NCBI GenBank assembly: GCA_903844645.1
Contig: CAIMUP010000013.1
Span: forward strand, 1,428-65,427
DNA from: an uncultured Bacteroidota bacterium
GTDB taxonomy: Bacteria > Bacteroidota > Bacteroidia > AKYH767-A > JABDAW01
Direction of reading: 5' to 3'
DNA length: 64,000 bases
The notes below the pieces were generated by a model, which did not search any database, was not told where the DNA came from, and saw nothing but the letters and a program-made list of their open reading frames with translations. Of the stretch, positions 9,769 to 20,436 are shown in pieces; position 1 is the stretch's first letter; each line of letters begins with the position of its first letter. The position numbers and the translations under genes are program-made.

Positions 9769-10356
9769 ATTTCTATTTGATGCCAATTTATCTTTCGCGA
9801 ATTCCATAATCTGCGGGAAGAACTCCTTGAATTCCTCGGCATATAAATCGTAATCTTTTTTTAAATCATGAATCGAAAGTTCCATCTTCGATTGGAATTT
9901 GGCACGGCGAGCCATCCCCGCCAACACCCGTTCCATCCCCTCGAAGTTAGCATAATTATAGAGCCAATTATATTCTATCATATACGGCATCATCCGCCGA
10001 ATACCTGCCGGAAGAATGGCATCCCTCGCAAGGACTATCTCGTAACAAGATTCGGAATAATCGCTTAATGAAATGTCGGAATAATCCCCCCAGTTCGCAG
10101 CCAGGAAATGGTCGTAGAAGATGTCAATAATCACCGGGGAATATTTGTGATACATCGGTCTCAACCGAACTTTTCCACGCTCCACAATAGGGTGCGTATC
10201 GGTGAATTCATCAATGCCGCGATGCAGTTCGATGCCTTTAATAATACCTACCGAATAACCATCGTAATGCTTGCCCACGACCTGGTCGGCAATAAAATTC
10301 CCAATCATTACTTCAGGGTCATCCCCCGAAAGGTAAAGATGAGCGAGAAAATTCAA
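9766..10356 (-). CDS. acpH: acyl carrier protein phosphodiesterase (AcpH family)
   Basis: The N-terminus MNFLAHLYLSGDDPEVMIGNFIADQVVGK is characteristic of AcpH/DUF479, at 196 aa. Confidence 0.8.
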   Translation of the reverse strand: MNFLAHLYLSGDDPEVMIGNFIADQVVGKHYDGYSVGIIKGIELHRGIDEFTDTHPIVERGKVRLRPMYHKYSPVIIDIFYDHFLAANWGDYSDISLSDYSESCYEIVLARDAILPAGIRRMMPYMIEYNWLYNYANFEGMERVLAGMARRAKFQSKMELSIHDLKKDYDLYAEEFKEFFPQIMEFAKDKLASNRN

Positions 10357-10362
10357 TTGGAA

Positions 10363-10923
10363 TTACTTCACCTTTCCGCAGTAGCCGGAAGTGCGGGTAT
10401 CTATCTTAATAATCTCCCCGATATTCACGAAAAGCGGCACCTGAATCTCGGCACCAGTCTCCAGAGTAGCGGCTTTGAGGGTATTGGTAGCGGTGTTTCC
10501 GCGTTCGCCAGGCTCGGTATAGGTAACTTCTAATTCCACAAAAGTCGGCACATCGCCAATGATCGGGGTCTCGCCCTCGAAGGCTACTTTCACAATCATT
10601 TCTTCTTTGAGGAAACGAACATTTTCCCCGAATAATTCCTCGGGAATATGTACCTGTTCGTAAGTTTCATTATCCATACAAACCAAGTGCTCACCTTCTT
10701 TGTAGATGAATTGCAGTTCCTTGTATTCCATCCTGACCAGCTCCACTTCCTCGCCAGATCGGAAGCGATATTCTGCCGATTTGCCGGTCTTTACATTCTT
10801 CATTTTAGCTTGATAGAAAGCACGAAGATTTCCCGGAGTCCGGTGTTGGTATTCGGTTATTACGCACAATTCGCCGTTGAATCTAATGACCGATCCGAGA
10901 TGAATATCTGATGTTGTTGCCAT
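10363..10923 (-). CDS. efp: translation elongation factor P
   Basis: This 186-aa protein has the N-terminal IRFNGELCVITEYQHRTPGNLRAFYQAKMKNVKTG pattern typical of EF-P. Confidence 0.95.
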   Translation of the reverse strand: MATTSDIHLGSVIRFNGELCVITEYQHRTPGNLRAFYQAKMKNVKTGKSAEYRFRSGEEVELVRMEYKELQFIYKEGEHLVCMDNETYEQVHIPEELFGENVRFLKEEMIVKVAFEGETPIIGDVPTFVELEVTYTEPGERGNTATNTLKAATLETGAEIQVPLFVNIGEIIKIDTRTSGYCGKVK

Positions 10924-11009
10924 AGTCTTTATTAAATATAAATTATTATTAAGGGCGGCAAAAATAGGAAAAGGATTTGAGAATGGAATTCGGGCAGTGC
11001 AAATGGTTA

Positions 11010-12275
11010 TTAATTGTTGTTGGATTTTGTTTTAGAATAATGATGCTTCAAGAAAACAAACCAGGCAATGAGTGTACATACCGCCCCCAGCCACATCGTG
11101 AAACTAATCAGTTGAGCCACTACGAAACCCGCTAATATCGGGGGAATGGCTGATGATAGCGAGATGATGCTTTGGTTGATGCCGATGATCTCTCCCTGGA
11201 TTGTTTTATCTGTTGAATTAGAGACGATGGCAAGGGAATTAGGATAGACGAATCCTTGGAATATCGGCAGGAATGGGAACCAGATAAGCGTCATGATGAA
11301 GTCAGTAGGGATGAGCATCAACAGATAACTCAACGCAAAGACGGGCATGAAGATGAGCATGGCGCGTTCCGGCGTGAAATATTTGGTAATCGGGCGGATG
11401 AGGATGCCTTGCGTGATGCCCACCCAGAGGCTGAACCAGGCAATGACATAGCCTAATGTCTTGACATCGAAATCGAACTTTATCTTGGCATATTCCTGAT
11501 AATAAATAATGAAAAAAGCGAAGCCGAGATTCATCAAGAAGATGACAGCGAAGATGTTCTTGAGGTCAGCATTGCGAAAGGCTGTCCTTACATTCCGGAA
11601 GCCTGTAAGAGGAGAAATAATGCTGTCGGGATTGCTGTGAATCATGTCAGGGAATTTAATCAGAAGGAAAATAACATTGGCTAAGGAAAGCAAAGCGATG
11701 AAGAAAAAGGGAGTTGCGAAATTGAACCAACTGACAATGGAAGGGTCAGATAAAAGCCCGCTGCATATAGCTCCTACGATGAATCCCATGCCGAAGCCAA
11801 CGCCGACTAATCCGAAGTTCTTTGCCTTGTTTTCATCCGTACTGTAATCTGCTATGGCAGATTGAACCACCGGCAAACTTGTTCCGCCTAAGCCCGCCAA
11901 AGTCCTTGCGGTGAGCAGTATATAATATTCTTTAAGATAGATTCCAAGCGCGAAAAGCAAGTAGCAAAAGATATTCACAGTGAAGGCAAAAGCGATGACT
12001 TTCTTTCTCCCTATCCTATCCGATATGGCTCCGAGAATAGGTGCTCCGATGAATTGTCCCAGCGACCAGAAGCCCGCCATCAGCCCGAACTTCAAGGTCT
12101 TTTCTGATAATGGAACGGAGGAAGCGAAGATGCTTTGCTTGGCATCGAAATAGATGGAAGCAAAGATCGGGAACGCTACTCCCATCGCGAAATAGTCAAT
12201 GAAGACGGTGAGGAAAATGATGAACAGCGAGAGGTTTGTGTTTTTGTTATTTGGAGAGGATGTTAGCATTGGCAT
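11010..12275 (-). CDS. MFS transporter (drug:H+ antiporter-like)
   Basis: It has a 12-TM layout and MFS motif A (GAISDRIGRKKVI). Confidence 0.85.
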   Translation of the reverse strand: MPMLTSSPNNKNTNLSLFIIFLTVFIDYFAMGVAFPIFASIYFDAKQSIFASSVPLSEKTLKFGLMAGFWSLGQFIGAPILGAISDRIGRKKVIAFAFTVNIFCYLLFALGIYLKEYYILLTARTLAGLGGTSLPVVQSAIADYSTDENKAKNFGLVGVGFGMGFIVGAICSGLLSDPSIVSWFNFATPFFFIALLSLANVIFLLIKFPDMIHSNPDSIISPLTGFRNVRTAFRNADLKNIFAVIFLMNLGFAFFIIYYQEYAKIKFDFDVKTLGYVIAWFSLWVGITQGILIRPITKYFTPERAMLIFMPVFALSYLLMLIPTDFIMTLIWFPFLPIFQGFVYPNSLAIVSNSTDKTIQGEIIGINQSIISLSSAIPPILAGFVVAQLISFTMWLGAVCTLIAWFVFLKHHYSKTKSNNN

Positions 12276-13761
12276 AATGTTTTTTGTTATGGATTAAATA
12301 ATTCAATTGGTACAAAGAGAATTTAGAATTACTCCAAAGCAAAAGAGGCTTATCGGGATAAATCATTAGGAATTTTTTTGTAGAATCATCGGGGAGGTCG
12401 GTGCAGGTCAAGAGGTATTGAACATTGTACTTCAAATTATTATATGCAATGCTTTCTAATGATTGATTGGCACATAAAATTGTTCGGCGATCAGTATAGA
12501 GATTCAATGCCCTTGGCTTGTTGAATGCAATTTTTGCATCCATCGGAGTATTCCTTTTTATATATTCAAATGCTTCGACAGCTTCTGCTTCCTGCGGTCC
12601 TGGCAAGGTTTCGTTTTGATGTCGGATGATGTTGATGGCACTGAATGAATAAGGAATCAGGATGAATAAGCCGAGAGAAAGGATGATGATATTCTTCTTG
12701 AGTGGGGAATTAATCTTCACCATCATTAAACCAATTACAGTATAATAAATAAGGATGGGAAAGACAGGAAATAAGAATCGCATTCCTGAATTCATATCGG
12801 GATAAAGCAGGAGCGCAAAGAGATAGATGATGACGAAGAAGTCAATGAAATCAACCTTCCTGAAACATTTCTTCAGGAAGCCGATGGTGGTAAATAGCAC
12901 CACCAGCCATTGTGTAAGGATGGCGAGTAAAGGGAATACACCTCCGCCAGACATGAAGAAATATCTGAACGAATGGAGGTAATAACTTGCCTTCATTCGC
13001 AAGATAGGAAAGGATATTGAAGCGAAGTATTCACTGCCGATACCTATTTTAAACAATGCCTTAAAGTCTATCAATACAAACACTATCGTGATGGTGATGA
13101 CTAATGCTCGCTTCATTATTTCAAGTTTTATAGCATTGTTTCTTCTGTTTTTCCATAAGGATATGATGTCTTCAAGAATCAAAGCGGCAAGCAGCACAAT
13201 GCCGATGGTTCGGATGGAAATAAGGATGCCGAGAAGCAATCCGGTAAGGAGATATTTCAATGTCTTGTTTCCTTTTGTCTTTGAATAAACAAGGATCACA
13301 AGGATCAGGAATAAGGTGAATGGAATATCAGACATGATCTCCTCTTTGAAGTTCAAAGTGAAGGGATTATAGGCGAAGATCAGGACTAACAAGATGGAGA
13401 CAAGATCGCTGAAATGCTTGCGGTAGAAGGAAAAGAGTGCTATGCAGAGCAGGAATAGGATAAATGTAACAGTGATGACAAATCCTTTTATACTATTCCC
13501 AACATACAGACAAGTCATTGCCAGGATGAGTGGGAAACCCACAGGACGAGCGGAGATATGCACTCCCGGACTTCTTATATCATCAATGAATCCCGTCGCT
13601 GATTGCGGAATTCCTTTGGTGATGTTTATCGCTTGATGAATGTATTGCGCGAAGTCGTCGCCCCAGTCGTGGCTGTTGCGGATATTGATGAAGAACAAGG
13701 GAATACAGAGGGCATACACAAGTGCAGATGCCATGAACTTCCTCTTAAACAACTTATCCAT
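12247..13761 (-). CDS. polytopic membrane glycosyltransferase-like protein (GT-C / family 39-like, tentative)
   Basis: It has many TM segments, an N-terminal [13 protein letters not shown] loop and a soluble C-terminal domain. The start is uncertain (ORF runs to 13794), and it overlaps the upstream gene end and the downstream MFS start. Confidence 0.6.
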   Translation of the reverse strand: MDKLFKRKFMASALVYALCIPLFFINIRNSHDWGDDFAQYIHQAINITKGIPQSATGFIDDIRSPGVHISARPVGFPLILAMTCLYVGNSIKGFVITVTFILFLLCIALFSFYRKHFSDLVSILLVLIFAYNPFTLNFKEEIMSDIPFTLFLILVILVYSKTKGNKTLKYLLTGLLLGILISIRTIGIVLLAALILEDIISLWKNRRNNAIKLEIMKRALVITITIVFVLIDFKALFKIGIGSEYFASISFPILRMKASYYLHSFRYFFMSGGGVFPLLAILTQWLVVLFTTIGFLKKCFRKVDFIDFFVIIYLFALLLYPDMNSGMRFLFPVFPILIYYTVIGLMMVKINSPLKKNIIILSLGLFILIPYSFSAINIIRHQNETLPGPQEAEAVEAFEYIKRNTPMDAKIAFNKPRALNLYTDRRTILCANQSLESIAYNNLKYNVQYLLTCTDLPDDSTKKFLMIYPDKPLLLWSNSKFSLYQLNYLIHNKKHYANANILSK

Positions 13762-15334
13762 GATAATCTTGCTCGGCATTGACATTCCAGACATTTTCTT
13801 TCGTCGTGATGTCCGCGATAATATTGTCCACGGCGGTCATGGCGCAGAGCATGGAATGGTCTTGGTTGTTGTATTTGTGCATTCCATTGCGACCGATGAG
13901 GAAAAGATTTTGAAAGGCATCGGTGAAAGTTTTAATCTCCTCAAAACGATCGTAAGTACCAAAGTATGCGGGGTAACTTTTCTTCTCTTTGATGATGATT
14001 GCATCGAGAACATCGGAAGCATCAATGAAACCAAGCTGTTGCAATTCGGCGGTAGCAAAAGCTCTCATATCTTCATCCGATTTATTCCACAACGCATCGC
14101 CTTCATCGCAGAAATAATCCAAGCCCAGCCATACTTTCGAGGTGTCATGCAGCATATAGGGACTGAAATTATTATACACCACTATCCGCCCCAGCATTAC
14201 GTTTGGTTCCTGGACATAGATCCAATTATCAGCGATTAAACTCTTGCCATCGCTGTTCTTATAATTCAACTTATTCAACAATAATCCGACGGATATAAAA
14301 TCGCGATAGATAAGACCGCCGGCTACCTCGCTGACATTAGCAGGTACATCCTGCATTGCCGCAATAAGTTGCTTGACGGGCATAGTGGAGAAGAAGTAAT
14401 CGCCATCATAAATTATTTCTTCGGCATTATCAGAAGTGCCGTCGTCAGTAGCTTTGATGGATGTTATGTTATTCCCCGAAGCAATTATCGAAGTAACATT
14501 TTTATTAAAATGTATCGCTCCGCCTTTCGCCAAAATGATACTGGCTACTTCGTCCCACATCTGCCCGGTGCCGAGTTTCGGATAGAGGAAATGCTCGGTG
14601 ATATGTTCATCGGATGTTGAATTATTAATCCCAATAATTTTCTTTAAAGCATGAATAAAAACTTTGGTAACCGATAAGCCCTTGATGCGTTGCGCGCCCC
14701 ATTCCGGCTTGATTTGGTCGCAGGGCACGCCCCAAACCTTCTCGGTATAGTCTTTAAAGAATGTTACATATAGCTCTTTGCCAAAGCGATTAATCAAGAA
14801 ATCTTGTAGCGAGGACTCTTTGCTGATCGGGAATAATTTCACGAGTAGATAACTCCAGAGAATCTTTGAAATCCGCACCAGTCCCAGGTTTCTGATCATT
14901 TCCATACCGAGCGAGACGGGATAAGAGAAGAAACTATGTAGATAAAATATCCGCGTAAAGCGATCTTTAATCAACAGCACTTTATCTTCCGTCAGCGGAT
15001 CGGGACCGGTGGCGGAGAGCGGTATCTTGCGCTTATTATTTTGATAAGAAATCTCAATATCATTTTGGTTAATGCCCTCAATTCCCTGCAACGGCAGGAT
15101 ATTCAGCCACCAGTTCATCACCCGGTCAGATTTTGAGAAGAAGCGATGCGGACCGATGTCTATGCGGTTGCCTTTATAATTAATGGTCTTCGCAAGTCCG
15201 CCCACAACGCTACTTTTTTCTAATATTATCGGCATGATGTCGGTACGCATGAGGAGTTCGTAGGCGGCGGTCAGTCCGGCAGGACCGGCACCGATGATGA
15301 TAGCAGTTTTTTTCTTTCCCTTAATGTCTTCCAT
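13754..15334 (-). CDS. FAD/NAD(P)-dependent oxidoreductase (amine-oxidase / UDP-galactopyranose-mutase-like fold)
   Basis: It has an N-terminal Rossmann motif [20 protein letters not shown], at 526 aa. Confidence 0.8.
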   Translation of the reverse strand: MEDIKGKKKTAIIIGAGPAGLTAAYELLMRTDIMPIILEKSSVVGGLAKTINYKGNRIDIGPHRFFSKSDRVMNWWLNILPLQGIEGINQNDIEISYQNNKRKIPLSATGPDPLTEDKVLLIKDRFTRIFYLHSFFSYPVSLGMEMIRNLGLVRISKILWSYLLVKLFPISKESSLQDFLINRFGKELYVTFFKDYTEKVWGVPCDQIKPEWGAQRIKGLSVTKVFIHALKKIIGINNSTSDEHITEHFLYPKLGTGQMWDEVASIILAKGGAIHFNKNVTSIIASGNNITSIKATDDGTSDNAEEIIYDGDYFFSTMPVKQLIAAMQDVPANVSEVAGGLIYRDFISVGLLLNKLNYKNSDGKSLIADNWIYVQEPNVMLGRIVVYNNFSPYMLHDTSKVWLGLDYFCDEGDALWNKSDEDMRAFATAELQQLGFIDASDVLDAIIIKEKKSYPAYFGTYDRFEEIKTFTDAFQNLFLIGRNGMHKYNNQDHSMLCAMTAVDNIIADITTKENVWNVNAEQDYHG

Positions 15335-15546
15335 GATGGTGGCAAAGAAAGGAAATTCGTGGGGCAGGGATGGAAAACTTTTTTTTCAGAGAATTGTATT
15401 TCTCCACTATTTTTAGTATCATTGCAACCTCGAACAAAAAATGAAGCCTCAAAACACATATAATAATCTCGCAAATCTCTCCAATAATTTTGGAGGTGGG
15501 GCTTGCATATTAAATAGAGTTTGTGTAAACTCGAAGCCGCCTCAAT

Positions 15547-15577
<31 letters not shown>

Positions 15578-15658
15578 CAAATTTTTTGAAATAACCAAAT
15601 CGGAGAACACTTTTTCTGGTTCGGTTCAAAAAATTTCGTTTTCCTTTTCTAATCTTTC

Positions 15659-15951
15659 ATTAAAGTTTCCAAAAATTTCCGCGATTTTTCAGGAATCTTG
15701 GTCAAGTCGCCAGAGTTTTGACCAAAGTTTCATACGCCCCAGCCAAAGTGTGCCGAACTTCAGCCAAAGTTTTGGAAACTTTGACCAAAGTCCAGCGACT
15801 TTGACCAAAGTAGATGAAGATTCGGTTGAGGTTTCTGAAACTTTGACCAAAGTGGGCTTCACCGTGGTCAAAGTTTCTGCTTTCTCGCCCAAAGTTTCCG
15901 GAAATTCCTCCAAAGTTTCCCAAAAATCCCCCAAAGTTTCTGAAACTTCGG
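15659..15951. repeat. Array D: degenerate 21-bp-phased array with conserved core CCAAAGT(TT)
   Basis: Core starts fall at 15722, 15743, 15764, 15785, 15805, 15847, 15868, 15889, 15910 and 15931, giving spacings of 21,21,21,20,42,21,21,21,21. The sequence between cores is variable. Confidence 0.85.
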
Positions 15952-16076
15952 GACCTGTAGGAAGAATATTGGCTGTAAATCAGTCCATTTCTTTCCTGAC
16001 TTCGATTTTCGAGGTCCTTTTACAAAATCCCGCTAACGGAATCCAAATAGAAATTTAATAACTTAATAAATAAACT

Positions 16077-16778
16077 ATGATCATAAATTACAGAGGTCCT
16101 TACAAAGCGGCTACGCTTGACGGGCAAATTGACCAAATCCGAATCATCGGAGTAAAAATGGGAACGTACAAATTAACGTTGGACCTTCTCCAACCGAACA
16201 TTGACCGGGTGAACAACACCTACCTGATGCTTAAATATGTCGATGGCTGCGAAAACAGCGTGGACGGCTACAAAAAAAATCTGAACGATTACAAGCATGA
16301 ATTGTTGAGCGGCGACAAGGCGCATCAGATGAATGCGTTCCCCGTGATGGAGGCGTTTGCCACCGCCCCTGCCGCTACCAAAGGCGGTATTTGGCATTTT
16401 ATCGAAAGCCAACGGAGCATCATGATGGAGCATGATAATTGGACGGACGGCATCGGCGAAGACATGCACCTTTTAGGTCCGATGCGCCAGTTGGATTCTA
16501 ACCTTTATGTGCCCGAAGTGAGGCTGAAAGTGCGAGCCGGAGTTATCGAAGCGATTACCGATTCGGCGATTATCACGAATCATAAACTCTATGTCGGACC
16601 GCAAGGCATTGACCCGATTCCGTTTATCACCGATTTTAAAGGTGCTAAATACGAATATCACCGCACCATCGCGCCCCCGACGACTTCCGAAAAGCTGAAT
16701 GTAATGATTCGCGGCATGTTCGATAATGAAATTATAGGGCACGATTCGGCAATCGTACAGATAGCTTATAAAGGATAA
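16077..16778 (+). CDS. orphan protein P2 (array-fronted, unknown function)
   Basis: This 233-aa ORF has no signal peptide and is preceded by degenerate array D. The start could instead be the internal Met (MGTYKL). Confidence 0.6.
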   Translation: MIINYRGPYKAATLDGQIDQIRIIGVKMGTYKLTLDLLQPNIDRVNNTYLMLKYVDGCENSVDGYKKNLNDYKHELLSGDKAHQMNAFPVMEAFATAPAATKGGIWHFIESQRSIMMEHDNWTDGIGEDMHLLGPMRQLDSNLYVPEVRLKVRAGVIEAITDSAIITNHKLYVGPQGIDPIPFITDFKGAKYEYHRTIAPPTTSEKLNVMIRGMFDNEIIGHDSAIVQIAYKG

Positions 16779-16782
16779 TCTG

Positions 16783-16953
16783 ATGAGTGAAATCCTCCCC
16801 ATTCCGCAAGCTGAAATACCTCCTATTAATATAGGAGGTGTTTCGGTTTTGATTCGTGAAATGAGGAAAGAAATTATGGAGGATGAAAATTATACGGAGG
16901 AAGTGGGAATGAATTTTAAATTAATAGGGAAAGAAATAGAGGAGGAAAAATGA
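16783..16953 (+). CDS. possible 56-aa acidic small protein downstream of P2
   Basis: My hand translation gives MSEILPIPQAEIPPINIGGVSVLIREMRKEIMEDENYTEEVGMNFKLIGKEIEEEK. The ATG lies 5 nt after the P2 stop, and a strong hairpin terminator follows at 17016-17062. It falls below the 60-aa cutoff of the ORF track. Confidence 0.3.
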   Translation: MSEILPIPQAEIPPINIGGVSVLIREMRKEIMEDENYTEEVGMNFKLIGKEIEEEK

Positions 16954-17015
16954 TGACATAAAAAAAGAGAAACTAAAAACACAAACCATGAATAATGGTA
17001 ATATTATAAGCCTAA

Positions 17016-17062
17016 AAAGGAAACCTCTCACGGAAGTGAGAGCGTTTCCTTTTCTTGTTTTT
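17016..17062 (+). terminator. rho-independent terminator closing the P2 / small-ORF unit
   Basis: The arms aaaggaaacctctcac - ggaa - gtgagagcgtttccttt are followed by tcttgttttt. Confidence 0.65.
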
Positions 17063-17125
17063 ATTCAAGATAAAAGGGATATGCTAATGCCCTAACCAAG
17101 TAGGCGAAACTAAAAAATTAATCTT

Positions 17126-19681
17126 ATGTACAATTTAAACACACAAACAAAAAGTAACCAGACCCAAAAAGGTCAAACCAAAGAAAAAAAGTTTTGCCAT
17201 GCGAAACTTAATCACTATTTTGCAGTCGTTATGATGATTGCAATGAGTACACTTTTAACACCGGGGGCTAAGGCTCAAGGAACAACAGTATCTTTATCAA
17301 CCACCGTTTCGCATTTCGTGGGTGGAGCAAACATTTCGTGTAACAGTAACAGCGATGGTAGTGTTACCTTATCGGTTTCTGGAGGGACTACTCCTTACAC
17401 CTATTTATGGTCGGACGATGAAACCACCAAAGATGTAAGCGGACTGTTAGCAGGTACCTACACCGTTACGGTAACTGATGCCAGTGTAAGCGGAGTAACC
17501 GCCACGGCATCCATTACTTTAACCGAACCAGATTTGATAATTGCCAACATTGATTCCGCTTCTTTAATTAAAGTAGCGTGTAATGGCGGAAACAACGGAC
17601 AAGCGGGGGTTACGGCATTTGGCGGAACGGGAGGATATACCTATATGTGGGGATGGGGTACAGACACCGTTCAAACAACCCCTATCGCCACAGGATTATG
17701 GGCAGGGAAATGGAGCGTAACAGTAACCGATACTAACGGTTGCCAGGCATATAATACGGCAACTGTAAATGAACCACCACCAGATACCCTATTATTATTT
17801 TCTCTATCTTCCTTAACGTATTACGATTTAGATTCTGCACAAAAAGCAAGATACGATACCATTATGTCTTATCAGGATATTAATACACCGATTTATTTTA
17901 TTAATATTGCACAACTCGGAACTAATTGTAATAATGCGGGTACTTATAAAATAGTAATGCCATTTTTTTATTATGACAGCATCACTGTAACTACAAACGC
18001 AATACATTATATCTCTAATGATGATTATGAGTTTGGAGGTAATATTGTTATGTCTTCACCGTATATTAATGATACAACGATCATTGATTCGTTTGCAACT
18101 TCGCATTTTGACATTGGAACTATAAACTTAATTGCAGATAGTGGTGCTAGATATGGGAATTTAATTTACAATAACGATTATTATAATATTACGGACTTAT
18201 CAGGAGGAATACAGATTATTTATAAGAAAATTTTATCTGCTGGAAGATGTGGTGATAATACAAACTCTGATGATAATAGGACCAATCAATGGACTCCAAA
18301 CTCCGATCCTTGTGTTTATAAGAGATTAAAAATTCTTTTTTGTTTTACACAAGCAGGGTGGACAGAAGCTTGGCATAATTATGGCGGTTCTATGCATTCT
18401 GTTGCACAACAATGCTTAACTAGTTTGGCGAATGTTTGGGGTTATAGTCAAAACCTTCCTGACTTTAGCGAAGCATGGGCATCAGCGGGAGAAATTATGA
18501 ATACCAATTTGATTGAAACTAATGATGCATGGGAGGATATTAAAACATTTTCTGATCAGGATATATCCTATTATCATTATAGACAACAGTACAATGCTGA
18601 TTTAGTAATATTTATTACTAATGCAAATTATACTGATGGTACCACAGGGCAATCAAGGAAACTTGGACCATGGCGAGACAGTGCTTTTGCTATTGTTGAA
18701 GCAAATTATCTTTTTGGTAATTATTCTTTTGCTCATGAAATTGGTCATTTATTTGGAGCGAGGCATGAAACATGCAATGATGATCCTGGTTATCCTCTTT
18801 CATGTGATCCAAATACAGATAATTCTATAGCACATGGGGTTGAACATGACTTTGTTTGGTATAATTGGCTTCATTCTGTAGATTATCATTGTTATTATCA
18901 TGACATTATGGCATATAAACAAAGCTATGCAGGAAATCATGTAATTACCACTGTACCTTGTTATTCCAATACTAATGAAAATTTTGATGGTCCCGATGGC
19001 AGTCCGCATAGTTTAGGAGATTATACAACGCATGATGCCGCCGCGGAAATTAGTAACAATTATGCTGAAGTGATAAGTTTTTATACAGATGGCAACATTC
19101 CATTTAGCATCAATGTGTCAACATGGGCTCCGGGGCTTTGCGGTGATCCACATAATTTACGTGCTCACCTTAACGTAGTAAATTGTAATGGACCTGATGC
19201 TTATTATATAGATTGGTATGCAAATACATCGGGGGTAAATCTTAATAATTCTCATTATGCATCAAATGTTGACCATATTGAAATGGCACATGGTCATCAT
19301 TGGGTTGGTTATGTAAAAATTACAGATGCAACTAATTCGAATTTAACATGGACTGCTGGTTTCAATGTAGCTTCACCTGCACCTTGTCATCAAAGATTTA
19401 ATGACCCATCAAATTCTAATAAAAAAAGCACTAATTCAGTAGCTATATTTCCAAACCCTAATAATGGTTCTTTCACACTTAATATAAACAGTATTATTGA
19501 TGATAAGGCAGCTTATGAAATAATAAATGTAATGGGTCAGCAAGTATTTCAAGAGAATATTATTTTGAATAAAGGAGAGAATATTTTTGAAATTACTAAA
19601 AACAATTTTGTAGCAGGGTATTATATAATAAGGGTAAAGGGTTCTTCAATGACAAACAACTTACCGTTAATTATAGAATAA
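17126..19681 (+). CDS. secreted metzincin-type zinc metalloprotease with SprB-like N-terminal repeats and a T9SS type A CTD
   Basis: It has the zinc motif HEIGHLFGARH (HExxHxxGxxH), repeated CNGxxxGxxTxxxxGGTxPYTYxW modules and a C-terminal IFPNPNNGSFTLNI...YIIRVKG sorting domain. The true start may be an internal Met before the signal peptide. Confidence 0.8.
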   Translation: MYNLNTQTKSNQTQKGQTKEKKFCHAKLNHYFAVVMMIAMSTLLTPGAKAQGTTVSLSTTVSHFVGGANISCNSNSDGSVTLSVSGGTTPYTYLWSDDETTKDVSGLLAGTYTVTVTDASVSGVTATASITLTEPDLIIANIDSASLIKVACNGGNNGQAGVTAFGGTGGYTYMWGWGTDTVQTTPIATGLWAGKWSVTVTDTNGCQAYNTATVNEPPPDTLLLFSLSSLTYYDLDSAQKARYDTIMSYQDINTPIYFINIAQLGTNCNNAGTYKIVMPFFYYDSITVTTNAIHYISNDDYEFGGNIVMSSPYINDTTIIDSFATSHFDIGTINLIADSGARYGNLIYNNDYYNITDLSGGIQIIYKKILSAGRCGDNTNSDDNRTNQWTPNSDPCVYKRLKILFCFTQAGWTEAWHNYGGSMHSVAQQCLTSLANVWGYSQNLPDFSEAWASAGEIMNTNLIETNDAWEDIKTFSDQDISYYHYRQQYNADLVIFITNANYTDGTTGQSRKLGPWRDSAFAIVEANYLFGNYSFAHEIGHLFGARHETCNDDPGYPLSCDPNTDNSIAHGVEHDFVWYNWLHSVDYHCYYHDIMAYKQSYAGNHVITTVPCYSNTNENFDGPDGSPHSLGDYTTHDAAAEISNNYAEVISFYTDGNIPFSINVSTWAPGLCGDPHNLRAHLNVVNCNGPDAYYIDWYANTSGVNLNNSHYASNVDHIEMAHGHHWVGYVKITDATNSNLTWTAGFNVASPAPCHQRFNDPSNSNKKSTNSVAIFPNPNNGSFTLNINSIIDDKAAYEIINVMGQQVFQENIILNKGENIFEITKNNFVAGYYIIRVKGSSMTNNLPLIIE

Positions 19682-19684
19682 GTT

Positions 19685-20410
19685 ATGAAATATTATATCT
19701 GTATTTTATTGTTGTTTTTTCTATTAAGCAACAAAGTTTTTAGTCAGAGTTTTTATATAATTGGAGGCATGGGATTAAGTGGAGGTTTAGGATATGGATT
19801 AGATGACCATATTATTTTTAAATATAGTAACGGTGTAACCAAAAAAGTTGATGATTATCTTTCACAAAATCCTATATATGGATTTGGTATTTTCGGTTAT
19901 TGTTTATCCAATAAATTTAACATTGAGGTTGGTATTAATAGTTACGGAAAAAATAATAGCTATAGCCATGATGGTCTTCCTTTTTCATATGATAGTGGTT
20001 CATCTAAAAAGGTTCTTCGGATTATGCCTGCTGTTAAATTCAAGTTCACAAAAACTTCCCATTCTTTTTATTTGAAAGGAGGTGCATCACTTGGCTTTGG
20101 CGGTAATGAGTATCGTGCCTTTAAAATTTATAATGATCTACCTCCTTGGGATTCGGGAGGTTATAAAGTTCGATATTCAGGAGGAATTGCGCCTGGATAC
20201 ATGTATGCTATTGGCAAAGATTTTAGTTTTCATCAAGACAAGTATTTTCATTTTTTCAGTTTCTATGTTGAGTTAGTTTTTATAACTAATTCCTGGACTC
20301 CTGCAAAAGAAACGATACTTGAATCATTTGGAAAGATCAACATTCCTTCACTACAATTCTTTTACTCAACAAAAGCAATTCAGATGGGCTTGAAATACAG
20401 TTTTGATTAA
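19685..20410 (+). CDS. outer-membrane beta-barrel protein (porin-like, tentative)
   Basis: It has a signal peptide (…LLSNKVFSQ), a G/Y/S-rich alternating pattern and a C-terminal aromatic-rich end. Confidence 0.55.
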   Translation: MKYYICILLLFFLLSNKVFSQSFYIIGGMGLSGGLGYGLDDHIIFKYSNGVTKKVDDYLSQNPIYGFGIFGYCLSNKFNIEVGINSYGKNNSYSHDGLPFSYDSGSSKKVLRIMPAVKFKFTKTSHSFYLKGGASLGFGGNEYRAFKIYNDLPPWDSGGYKVRYSGGIAPGYMYAIGKDFSFHQDKYFHFFSFYVELVFITNSWTPAKETILESFGKINIPSLQFFYSTKAIQMGLKYSFD

Positions 20411-20436
20411 GCAGAAAAGAGGTAAAAACCATAAAA

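Noticed and set aside
13640-14239. A 199-aa plus-strand ORF overlaps the FAD oxidoreductase and glycosyltransferase genes.
   Set aside because: It lies antisense to two well-supported genes and has no recognisable motif.
16818-16839. The hairpin acctcctat-taat-ataggaggt could be the P2 terminator.
   Set aside because: It lies inside the candidate 56-aa ORF, its T tail is interrupted (gtttcggtttt), and a much stronger terminator follows at 17016-17062. I kept it only as an alternative in the small-ORF finding.
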